Assembly: GCA_016748015.1 (NCBI GenBank)
Contig: JAAOMT010000436.1
Span: 566,354 to 630,353, forward strand
Length of the DNA stretch: 64,000 nucleotides
From: Geosiphon pyriformis uo1
Lineage: Eukaryota > Fungi > Glomeromycota
Reading direction: 5' to 3'
This document shows positions 35,946-47,114 of this stretch, one piece after another. Position 1 is the stretch's first letter; each line of letters starts with the position of its first letter. Both the position numbers and the translations under genes were made by a program. The notes beneath the pieces are model-generated. The model made no database searches. It was not told where the DNA came from and was given only the letters and a program-made list of their open reading frames with translations.

Positions 35946-37723
35946 ATGAAGAAGACTATTAAAGTTTCTGGTTCTGAGAGTGGTTTCAAGGTGGTTGTGT
36001 CGAGAAAAAAGAGGAAGGGAGATGTATTGGCAGAGAGTATTGATAATAGAAAGGTTGCTGCTGAAGCTCCTGGTGCTCATTCATGGAGTTCTGAGACAAG
36101 TAACACTACTAAGTCTGAGAGTATTGACATGGAGGAGAAGTGCTTGGTTGAAGAAACCAGTATTGACTATGGTAAAAGTAGTGCTTTTATGGAAGGGAAT
36201 CCTAATTAAACGCCAAAAGGTTTACGTGTAAAGACCAAAAAGGTGTTAGGAAAGCCTTTGGGTGTAATTAATTATGGTACTGTTAATACAGATGATGATG
36301 TGTTAGACAATTTTTTTCTATTAAACTGACCGTTCAAGTGCCTGTTTGCAAATTCTTCGCTTTAGATATTGATCTTGTGGCCATTGCTGGGAAGTTTTCT
36401 CAAGAAAAATTGAGTTTTATCAGGAAAATTTTTTCAAGTGTGAATGGTTTTGGAGGGGCTTCTACTTTCTTAAAATTTGGTGGAATTATTCATGCAACTT
36501 TCACTTCAGAAAAAGCAATTATGACTGCTGGGAAATTGGCAAATGATTGTGTTGTTGTGATAAATACTGATCTTAAGCATCCTTTGAACAACTGTACAGA
36601 TTGGGCAATTGTAATGAAAGAAATTCCTGTGAGAACTTCCGTGGAGACTGTGCGTGCTGCCATGTCTAAGTTTGAATTGATTAAGTCAATCAAGATGCAA
36701 CTTGTAGGTCTGTGGCAAAAAGCAATCATCGAATTAGAAGATCAGAATTAGGCTGATCTCTTGGCATCCAAATGGTCTATTCTTATTGAAAAAGATGCAG
36801 TACATGTGGCCAGGGCTGATGTTGACAAACAAATGTGAGATTCCAGGGACAAATTTAGGGCACTACTATACACTCTTCCTGTAAGAACAAATGCTCATGA
36901 CCTTTGGGATTTCATTGGTTTGGTTGGTGGAAAAACATGTGTTATTGATTGTAATCCTGTTAGCTATGCCTGTGCTTGTTGTGTTACTGTTTGCTTTGGG
37001 TCTGAATCTGATCTGGTTAGTGCGATGGCTGCAACTCCAGTTATAAAAGAGATTGGTCTTCACTGGTCTCGCCTCTCTTTGGCACTGTGCTTAGTCTGCA
37101 GTCTTTCTGGTTATACATCTCTTAATTGTGTTTTGGTTAAGGTTGGTTTATCCCTGAGGGGCAGAAAGGCATCTTTTTCTGCTCAAAATCAAATCAGATT
37201 GGCGGCTATCTATGCTCGGAAATCCACGCCTATTTCTCATCTATTGGCCTTCAGTAGTAAAACTTGAACATCAGTTGTTGGTGCTCCTCTGGTGTGCAAT
37301 TCTCATGGTGCTAGTTTGTTTCTTGGTTCTGACAATGTTGGTAAACCTCTCCCTTCTGCTGCAGATGATTTGGAAAAACATTTGGTTCATATTGAAAGCA
37401 GTTTTGTTAGCCTCGTGGGACAAATTGGTGAGTTGACTAAGAGGTTGGAATCATTTGTGTCAGCAGTTTCCCAGCCTAGTCCTGGATGTCAGCTGCCGGT
37501 GACCTTCCCATCACAGAATCAAGGGGAGGATATAGTAATGGGAGTGGGTTCAGATAATGTCACTAGTGACAAGACTGCTGTCATTCTGGGTTCACCTGTC
37601 TCACCTGAGATTGTGAAATTGGAAAACATGGAAGGTTTCTCTGCTTCGGTCATGATTCTTTCAATATGCTTAGATAGTTTGGCTTTGGCAGGTAGTGCTC
37701 TTCCTCTACCTCTTTCTCAATAA
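35946..37723 (+). pseudogene. LINE L3 ORF1 (RRMs, degenerate knuckle CLVCSLSGYTSLNC, coiled coil)
   Basis: ORFs 35946-36209, 36338-36751, 36920-37267 and 37292-37723. Confidence 0.87.
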
Positions 37724-40700
37724 GTGGTCTAGTATGGAAAATTGCTACATGTAATGTTCGTGGGTTGAACAATTCTGTGAAGCAAGATAATGTCATTCGT
37801 TGGCACAAGGATATGAACAATTTGGTTTCTATTTTTATGGAGTCAAAACTTAAAAAAAAAATTTGTCCATGGTTGGCTGACAAATTTGATGGTGTTTGGG
37901 TTTTTACTTCTGGTCTGGATTTTGGTTCTTTGGGTGCTGGGGTGTTAATCATCATGAATTTTTCTTTGGCAAAACACGTTTGCAAGGTTTCTGAAGTGTC
38001 TGGTCAGCTCCTATCCATCAAGTTTCTTTTCAAAAATAAACTTTCAGTGTCTATTTTGGGGCTTTATGCTGGTGCTTCATCAGTGGTTCAGTTTTCTCAG
38101 GCTGGTGAGATCAACTCTCTTATTGCTAAAACTGTTAATGAGTCTTCTTTTGTTATTCTTGGTGGTGATTTTAATGAAGATGGTTTGCACAAATGTGCCA
38201 GTTTCAAAAAGTGTTTTGATTTGGGTTTAATTAACTCTCTGGGGAGAAGCTCTTTTGTGAAGTCACCTACTTGGTGCAATTCTCATGGTATCACTAAGAC
38301 AATTGACTATGTGTTTGTTTCTTCTAATTTGGTTGGTGCGGTGGTGGATCATGGTGTGGATGGCATTGAGGACTATTTTGATACCAATCACAAGGCTGTT
38401 TATGTTTCTGTGGATCTGGGTGGCCTGTTTGATGTCCAGTTGAACTCACTGCACAAACAAGCTAATAGAGATCATTGGAAGTATGATATCAAAAATGCTA
38501 GTGAGATTAAGTGGTCAGAATTCAGGAATGCTACAGCTGCTAATGCTGTTATGTTCTTAGATGAGTTTGTTACAGCTAAGCAGTTTTCTGATCTGGATGC
38601 AATATGGGACATTGTTTGTAAGATTATGGTTCTTTCAGCTGGTGAAACATTCAAAAAAAATGGTTTAAGAGTTTTGATTGTGTTTTTAATAAGGTATCTT
38701 CCTGGTTTCATAAACTGAAGCTACTTGTGTTTAAACTGGTGAAGACTTCTCAGTTGGTTTCTGGTGGGAATTTTGTCTTGTTGTTGAATACTTGAAACAG
38801 GCTTGATTCTATGGACACTTCATTAGTGAAATCTCTGTTTCTTTCTGGCACTGGTTTTGATGCGATCCATTCTAGACTGGCTAAGATAAGGAAGTCTTAC
38901 TGCTCTTTTAAGTTATTGGAATCCAAGCGTGCTGAAGAATCTCATATAAGGCAGGCTATTGAGAAAAGAATGGAGAGTTTTGAGGTAGATAAGGGTCACA
39001 CCATTAGAAGTGTTTTAGAGCATCTTTTTTGTAAAGTGGTATTAGATCATTTGGTGGATGGTGGGGAGTTGGTCTTGGAGCCTAATTTGGTTAAATCTAA
39101 GGTAGATGGAATTATGGAGGGTTGGACTAAGAAATGTGTGGTGGCTTCTGATATCTCTAGCGATTGGGCAAGGCAATTTCGGCCTTTGGATCATGTCTTC
39201 AATGGTGCCTTCTCTGATGTAATGTATTCAATCAGTTTTGATAAGATGTTTGGTGTTATTTCAAATTTGCCTGATGGGAAAGTGGCTGGTCTTTGTGGTA
39301 TCACTAATGAACTTTGGAAACACTGTGACAAGTCGGTCTTAGATATGCTTTTGGTGCTCTTAAATTTTTGTTTGGGTTGTGAGTCAGTGCCTGGACCTTG
39401 GAGGGAAGCCTGGGTCTCAATAATTCCTAAACCTTACAAGTGGAAGGGGGTTCTTATAAATACTTGCCCTATTGCTTTGATTGAGACAGCTCGCAAGGTC
39501 TTTTCCAAGATTCTTTCAGATCGGATTTCTCTGGCTTGTAGCACTTTTGATGTCCTCTATGGGGACAATTTCTCTGTCTTGAAAAGTATGTCTACTCATT
39601 CGCCTATCTTTGCTATTGGTTCAGTGATTGAAGATGCTTTGGAAAAGAACCAAGAATTGTGGCTGGTTTTACAGGATATGCGCAAAGCTTATAATTCTGT
39701 TGGTTGGGAGCATCTCAAGAGGAGTTTGATCAGGGTCAAAATGTGTGACAAATTTATCAGATTTTTTGGTAGCATTTATAATGGTCGCACTAACAGAGTG
39801 ATGATAGATTTTGGTTTGACTGATGGATATTATGTTTACAATAGATTGGATTAGGGGGAGGTTTTTTCGCCACTTTTCTGGCGCATATTTTATGACTCGC
39901 TTTTGTGTGAGATTAAGAAACAAAAGGGCATTTGTGGTTACAGGTTGATTTCTTATTTTGTTTCTAAGACTGGCCAGGTGGAATTTCAAGCTGGGCTAAC
40001 GTCATTTCTGGTCGCTGGTGCTTTTGTTGATGATACTATCTGGGTTGGTAGCAGCCAGGCTGCTACACAATACATCCTCAATGTTACTAGTGATTTCTTT
40101 TGTTTAAATGACATTTCGATAAACAATGACAAGACTGTAGCCATTCCTATCAACTATCAAGTTGTTGCTCCTTACCTAACTATCAGTGATATGCCAATTT
40201 CCATTGCTAAAAGAGGTGAATCTTATCATTATCTGGGGATTTTTTTATCTTCTGAAGGTCTTTTGAAGCCTAGCTTGGTTAAGGCGCATTCAGATGTTTG
40301 GTTTTTTGTCAATTTCATTCTGAGAAAAGTTATTTCAGATAAACAGTTTGCTTATTTGGTGTCTACAGTTTTCTTTTCTATTATTAGCTACAGAATTCAG
40401 TTCAGTTTTATTCCTTTTAGTGTGTGTAATAAATAGGATGCTTTGATTCACAAGGGCCTGAAGTCCAAATTTGGGCTGCCTCTAGACTTTTCCAATGATG
40501 TATTTCATCATCCTTTCTTGTACAATTTAAAAACTTTTGAGCAGATTTAGGCTGAGAGCAAATCGGCTTCTGTTATTGCTTTTGCAAATTCAGTTGGTGT
40601 TTTGGGTCACTTGTTTTCTCATAAGTCTCACGATCTCCAGGTTCTCAGCTAGTGTCCTCATCACTCTTTGTTGTTTTCTGTTCATATTAGAGTCAGTTTT

Positions 40701-42407
40701 TCAAACAACTTTTTGGCAGATGTGGTTTGTATTTTTTCTGGGTGTGATTTGTCTTTAGGTGGCTCTCTGGCCAGTGTTTTTTGTCTTCGGAGCAGTACTC
40801 CTATGTCTCTAGTTCTTGGTGAGACAATTTTCTTCAAATGTGTCTTTTCCCTTAGGTGTTATGGTATAGCTTTTGTAGAACAACTTTGTGACTAGAATGG
40901 CATTGTTTTTAATTAAAAGACTTTTAAGCATTGGAAAAGACTGGACTCCCATGGCCCAGTCCCCTTCTGGTTTGATTTCTCTGTACGTTTTCTTGGTGGT
41001 GTGGCTTTTCCTTCTGGTTGTTCTCCTTATGAGAGTGTTTGTGGCTCTTCTAACATCTGTCAGTCTCCTGGTTTTGGTGTTATTTGTAATAATCTGTTGA
41101 ATGTTGATGCTGCCCGCCTCTCTGTGTACATAGATGGGTCTCTGAGTAACTTGGGCACTGTTGACATGTTGGCTGGTGCTACAGTTTTCTTTGAGGACAT
41201 TGATTTGGGTCTGAGTGTAGGGGTTTTTGGTTTGGTTTCTTCTACTTTGGTGGAGTTACAGGCCATTGCTTTAGCTTTTGAGTGTGTTCCTTCTTTTTGT
41301 TCAGTTGACTTGTTCTCAGACAGCTGGGTGGCTTTAAATGCTTGCAGATCGGAGTCTTTATTGGTTGGCCCTAAATTTAGGAATTGTTGTTGAATTGAGT
41401 GTCGTTACATTGCCAATGTTATTCATTGCAAAAATTTGGATGTTAATTGGATTAAGTTTAAGGGCCATTCGGGTGTTTTAGGCAATGAGCAGGCTGATGC
41501 GCTTGCTAAAAATGCTGCCCTTTCTGCCTGGCATCTGCTTCACTTGGTCAATAAAAGGTTTTTGAAGGCTGGTGTTGATGTGGTTTCTGGTAATTTGAGG
41601 CATTTTGTTCATGACTTATTCAGGTCTATCAATCACACATATTGGGAAATTGGTTCTGGTTCTCAGATTGTTCCAGGTTGTCTGCATGCTAATATTGACT
41701 GGTTGAGGTCCTCTCTGGTGTGGCACCCAAATTTTCACATGACGACTGGTTTTACTAATATTTGGACAGCTGGCTTTTATACATATTTCATAAAAGCCCT
41801 TTATTATCGCCTTTCTGTTGCTGTGCGAAAGCATCTATATGATAGGAGTTATTTCAGTGTAGTTTGTTTGTTTTGTGGTAAGGTTGAAGTCTCAGACCAT
41901 GTTTTTTCTTGCTTTTCTGACACTGATAGTTGCACTGGTTTGTTAGACACTTATGCAGCTGCTTGGAAGGTACATTCTGGTCTGTCTTGTTCTTTTTCGT
42001 GCATATTGCAGTTGTTGTTGACTTGCATTTCAGATGTGACTGTCAGTATGGCCCTGTGTAAGGGCTTTGTTTTTGATGATTGGTATCACAAGTCTGTTTC
42101 TGTTTACAAAGATCCTAAGGTGGCAGTGGTCAATATTGTGAATTTTGTATGTGAGTTTTGTCTTGCATTTTGTAATAATATCTGGCTGGTCTGTGTGAAA
42201 CACCAGGCCATTATAGAGAAGAATAAGCTAATTCCACGTGATGGTTCCATTCTTGTTGCTGTTTCTGGTTTTTCTATGTGGCTTTCAGCTGGAGTGATTA
42301 GGTTGTTGGATGTTGCTGATGCACTTGGCATTAGTTTTGGGTATTGTAAGCATTGTTTGTTTTATGCAGGTGTTGGTAATCTGGCTTCTGTTTATATAAG
42401 TGCATAG
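37720..42407 (+). pseudogene. LINE L3 ORF2 (APE, RT, RNase H, CCHC finger)
   Basis: GGDFN and TIDY (37765-38718); QDMRKAYNSV (38811-39854); GAFVDDTIW (39903-40436); VYIDGS/ELQAI/SDS (41001-41393); KGHSG..GNEQAD and CLFCGKVEVSDHVFSC (41436-42407). Confidence 0.93.
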
Positions 42408-43608
42408 TGTTGTTTTGACCAGTCTGAGTGTCTGGTCACATGTAACAAAGGCATGATTCGTGCTTAGTTTAGATTATTTGTATGATGTATAGCACTAGGT
42501 AGCATTTGGATTCCATTCATTAAACTTTAATAAAAAAAAAATATTAGATATTTTATTAATATTATTTTTCTTATTTTTAATTTTATTATTTCAAAAATAA
42601 TATATAAGTTTATTATTAACTTTAAGTACATTTATAATTAAAAAGCTTACTAATAAATTTACAACTTTAGACTTAACAAGTTTTTTGATTTTCTTGTCTA
42701 ATTTTTTTAGAATATAAATATGTATGTCTTATTTTTTTTTAGTATTAAAATAGTTTTTTAGTTTAATCTTATTAATATTTGTAGTTTTAGTTAAATTATT
42801 AACCAGTTTTATAATTACAAATAAATTTGTATTAAAAAAAATAATTAAGTATAAATACAAATAAAAAAAAATTAGAACTTTTTTTTTAAATTTTTTGGTT
42901 TTATTATAAGCAAAAGATTAACATAACAAAAATTTTTTTTATTAATATTTTAAAAATAATTATTAATAAAACAATTAAAAGATAAACATATATCATGTCA
43001 TTATAAAAAGAAAAAAAAAATTCAAAATCTTATGTTTTATATAATTTTATATAACATGTAATTTTGGATTTTTATTAGCCAATTAGAATATAAAAATGTT
43101 TAAATCTTATAACTTTAAATAGTACATAATTTATTAAACAATTAGAATATAAAAATACAATTTAATTTATGGTACATAAATTGAATTTTTAGTATGCTGA
43201 ATTTTTTGTGTTTATTATATGACTATATTCAAATATATTGCAAAATTTTAGGTGTTAATTTGTAAGAGTTTTATAAATATAAAACTTATTGTATTGTGTT
43301 ATAATTAAGAAAGTTTGCATATTAAGAAAGTTTAGCAATAAATAAAATCAAAAATACAATATTAAAAATGTGATAAATTAAGAAATAAAAAACATAAATA
43401 AAATATATATTAGATCAAAAAATAAAAAACATGTTAGATTAAAAGATAAAAAACACATTAGATTAAATAGTTATTTTTATATAAATAAAACAATACAATA
43501 AGTTGAAATGTTTAAGTTAGTATATTTTTATAATAATTTTAATCATAAGTTTGATTATATTTATTATATAAGTTTAATTATATTATGCTATATATTTATA
43601 GTATATAT

Positions 43609-46600
43609 TGTTACAAGTGATTATTTAGAAGGTTAATACAAATAATAAACTTGTAACTTAGTGCTCAATAGCTGGTAATATTGGTGATTTTTAAAGATTT
43701 TAGAGTTTAAAGATTTTGGTTGAGTTCTTTGTATAATGGACAAAGATTTAATTAATGGTTTCTTCTGTGAATTTTTTTTTTAACATAGTGGCCAGTTTAT
43801 TTTGGCAGTTATGCCCTTTTAATAAGCTATCCTTAAATTTTTACTTTTGTTCTTAAGTCTTTTATCAGGCTATTTTTAATGTCAAATACTTAGCACTTAA
43901 TTTTTTTAATCAATTAGTAAACAACAAAGAAATAAAATAAAAAAAAATAAAAAAAATAAAAAAAGAAAATAAAAAATTAGTATTTCATCAATAGTTATGA
44001 TTAAGAGTTATTGTTTCAATATAATTAAGTATTAGATTTTATTAATATAGAGTGTTAATAGAATAAAATGAATTAATATTTTTTAATCAAATAATAATAA
44101 AATGAATTTAATAATAATAAATAATTTTATTAATATGGGAATAATTTTACTACAATTTATAAAAAACTATTTTTTAAAAGAAAAAGTATTGTTCTAAATT
44201 AATATAAACTTTATTGAATTCTTTTGGAATTATTTTTTTTGTTTTTAATATTTTTGTTATATATATATAATTTTCGCCTTTTCTGTGGTACATATTCTAT
44301 AATCCATTTCTGTATGAGGTTAAAAGACAAAAGAGTGTGTGTGGTTATAAATTAAATTCTTATTTTATTTTTAAAACTGGCAGAGTGGAATCTCAGGTTG
44401 GGTTGACTTTGTTTTTTGCTGCTGGCACTTTTGTCAATAATACAATCTGAGTTGGTAGTAGTCAAGCTGCTATGCAACACATTTTCAATATTGCAAGTGA
44501 ATTTTTTTAGTTTAATAACATTTCCATCAATAATGACAAGACTGTGGTCATCTCTATTAACTGTTAAGTCAAAAACTCTTATCTGACTATTAGTGGCTTG
44601 CCCATTTCTGTTGCCAAAAAAAGAGAGTCACATTACTACCTGGGTATCTTTTTGTCTTCTGAGAATTTATTGAAACCTAGTATGGCTAAGACTTATTTGG
44701 ATGTTCAATTTTTTGTCAATCTTGTTTTAAAAAAGGCAATCTCAGATAAACAGTTTGCATATTTGGTATCTGCAGTTCTTTACCTAATTATAAGTTATAA
44801 AATTCAATTCAGTTTCATTCTTATTGGTGTGTGTAATAAATAGAATGCTCTCATTTGCAAAGGCTTGAAGTCTAAGTCTGGTCTGCCACTTGATTTTCCC
44901 AATGACACAATCTATTATCTTTCTTTGTATAGTTTGAAGACATTTGAACAAGTTTAGACTGAGAGCAAATTGGCCTTAGTTGTTTTCTTTGCAAATTCAG
45001 TTGGTATTTTAGACAAGTTATTTTCTCATAGGTCACATAATTTTCAGGTTCTCAGCTGGTGTTCACTTTACCCTTTATAGTTTTTGGCTTATGTCAATAT
45101 CACTCTTTCAAATAACTTTTTGGTAGGTATAATGCATATATTTCTGAGTATGATTTGTTCTTGGACAACTTTCTGGCCAGTGCTTTCTGTTTTTGGGGTG
45201 GAACTTCTATGTCTCATGTCCTTGGTGAGTTGACTTATCTTAAGCATGTTTCTTCATTTTGATGTTATAGTATTGCTTTCATAGACCAATTGCATGACTA
45301 AAACAGTACTGTTTTTAAGTAAAAGACATTTAAGCAGTAAAAGTGATTGGACTCCCATGGCCCTGTTCCTATTTGGTTTGAACTTTTTATTCAATTTCTC
45401 AGTTGTGTTACTGTTTTCTTTATTAGTTCTCTCCTTTTAAAGAGTCATGGTTTTTTAGATATTTTGCAATCTTATAAGTTTGATATTGTCAGAGACAATC
45501 TGCTGTATGCTAATGTGAGTCATCTTTCAGTCTATACAAATAGATCTTTGAGTGGCTTGAAAACTTTAGGTGTAAGGACTAGTGCAGCTGTTTTTTTGAG
45601 AACATTAATTTGGGTTTAGGTGTATAGATTTCTAGTTTGTTGTCTTCTACTATAATGGAACTGTAAGCTATTGCTTTGGCTCTTAAATGTGTTTTCCCTT
45701 CTTATTTTGTGGACCTGTTCATAAACAGCCAGGCTGCCTTGAATGTATATAGATCAGATTTGAAGTTTATTTGTCTGGATTTTAGGAATTGGTGTTGGAT
45801 TAAACATCATTATATTGTAAGCACTATTTGTTACAAGAATTTAAATATCAGTTGGCATAAGATCAGAGGTCACTTTGGCATTTCTGGCAATAAGTGTGCT
45901 GATGAGTTTGCCAAAGCAACTGCTGTTTTCAATTGGCATCTACCTCATTTGATTAGTGAAAATTATCTTAGGGCTGGTGGTATTGCAGTTTCTGGTAATT
46001 CTAGACATTTTGTTTAAGAGATTTTTTGGTTTGTTAATTGTGCACATTGGAAAACTGGTTTTGGTTCTCAGGTTGTGGAGGATAGTATGCATGTAAAGAT
46101 TGATTGGTTCAAATTGTCTTTAGTGTGGAATTCTAATTCTCATTTGGCAGCTGGTTTTACTAGTAAATAGACTATTGGTTCCTAAATGTATTTTATAAAA
46201 GCTCTCTATTATCAGTTTCCTGTTGCTGTATGTAAGCAATTATATAATAAGTATTATTCCAGTATGATTTGTTTGTTTTGTGGTGATGTTGAAGTATCCA
46301 ACCATGTCTTTTTTTGTCTGTTTGATGCTGCTGATTATGCTTGGTTGTTGAATACTTATGCATCTGTTTGGAGGGTGCACTTTGATTTACTTTGTTCTTT
46401 TTCTTGTGTTTCATAGTTGTTGTCTACTTGTGCTTCTGATGTTGTAATTAGCATGACACTGTCCAAGAGTTTTGTTTTTAATAATTGGTATTATGAGTCT
46501 ATTTCAGTTTTTAAAGATTCTAAGATTGTAAGTCAACATATTGTGGATTTTGTGCATAGTTTTTGTCTTGCATTCTGAAAGAATATCTGGTTGGTGCATG

Positions 46601-47114
46601 CCAAGCACCATGCTTTTATGAAAAAAAATGGCCTGATTCCATGTAATGGTTCTATTTCTGTTCTGGTGTTAGGTTTTCTTTCAATGCTTTTAGTTGACAT
46701 GATTAAATTATTGGGTGTAGCTAAAGCAGTGGATGTGGGTTTTGAATTTCATAAATCTTGTTTGTTTTTCTCAGGTATAAGAAATGTGGTCTTTGTTCAT
46801 ATAGATGCCTAGTGTTGTTTTGATTAGCCTAAGTGGTTAATTATGTGTGGAAAATGCATAATTCACATCTAGTTTAAATTATTTGTATAATGTATTGTAC
46901 TAGGCAGTGTTTGGACTTCACTTGTTAAATATTAATAAAAAAATATATATATAATTTATGTTATATTAAATTCTTAAAAATCTTACAATTCTTCAAGAAA
47001 AATTCTGGAATTCTGCAATTTCTTAAAAAAAATTCTGGAATTTTTCATTTATTATACTTATTTCTAATTGACTATTTTATCTATTATTATAATTCCTAAT
47101 TTTTATAAGTAATA
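43609..47114 (-). repeat. Decayed solo LTR related to the Gypsy-A LTR, interrupted by a truncated LINE
   Basis: Starts tgttacaagtgattattt; shares blocks with LTR-A (gttgagttctttgtataat, gtggccagtttattttggca); ends ttttataagtaata; TSD atat (43605-43608, 47115-47118). Confidence 0.8.
44274..46942 (+). mobile_element. 5'-truncated LINE (RT C-terminal half, RNase H, CCHC finger, tail)
   Basis: Begins inside RT (SPFLWYIFYNP) and ends with the conserved tail and poly(A). Perfect 15-bp TSD atatatatataattt at 44259-44273 and 46943-46957. Confidence 0.92.

Larger units (their letters stand above)
35803..42539 (+). mobile_element. Full-length LINE L3 (~6.7 kb)
   Basis: 5' UTR hairpin, ORF1, ORF2, conserved tail and poly(A). 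TSD aatattaga (35794-35802, 42540-42548) is supported by rejoining of fossil L0. Confidence 0.95.
6158..42940 (-). mobile_element. Fossil LINE L0 in three pieces (6158-9665, 35491-35802, 42541-42940), interrupted by LINEs L2 and L3
   Basis: Hand translation: ~6330-6390 IISAFINNII*IKN (=AGAFVDDTIWVGS); ~6610-6670 SLQKIKICFKFIRFFDNIY (=SLIRVKMCDKFIRFFGSIY); ~7040-7090 NKL*KYC; ~8150-8215 NLFIAKVYNKSIFVILKNNFNK (=NSLIAKTVNESSFVILGGDFNE); 9302-9514 KIKTIKIQLINFWQKVLIKF (ORF1). The pieces are collinear with the inverted fossil at 48650-50065. Confidence 0.82.

Noticed and set aside
42405-42530. 3' tail as a hammerhead ribozyme or tRNA-derived SINE
   Set aside because: No CUGAnGA/GAAA core in the required arrangement and no A/B boxes in the reconstructed consensus.
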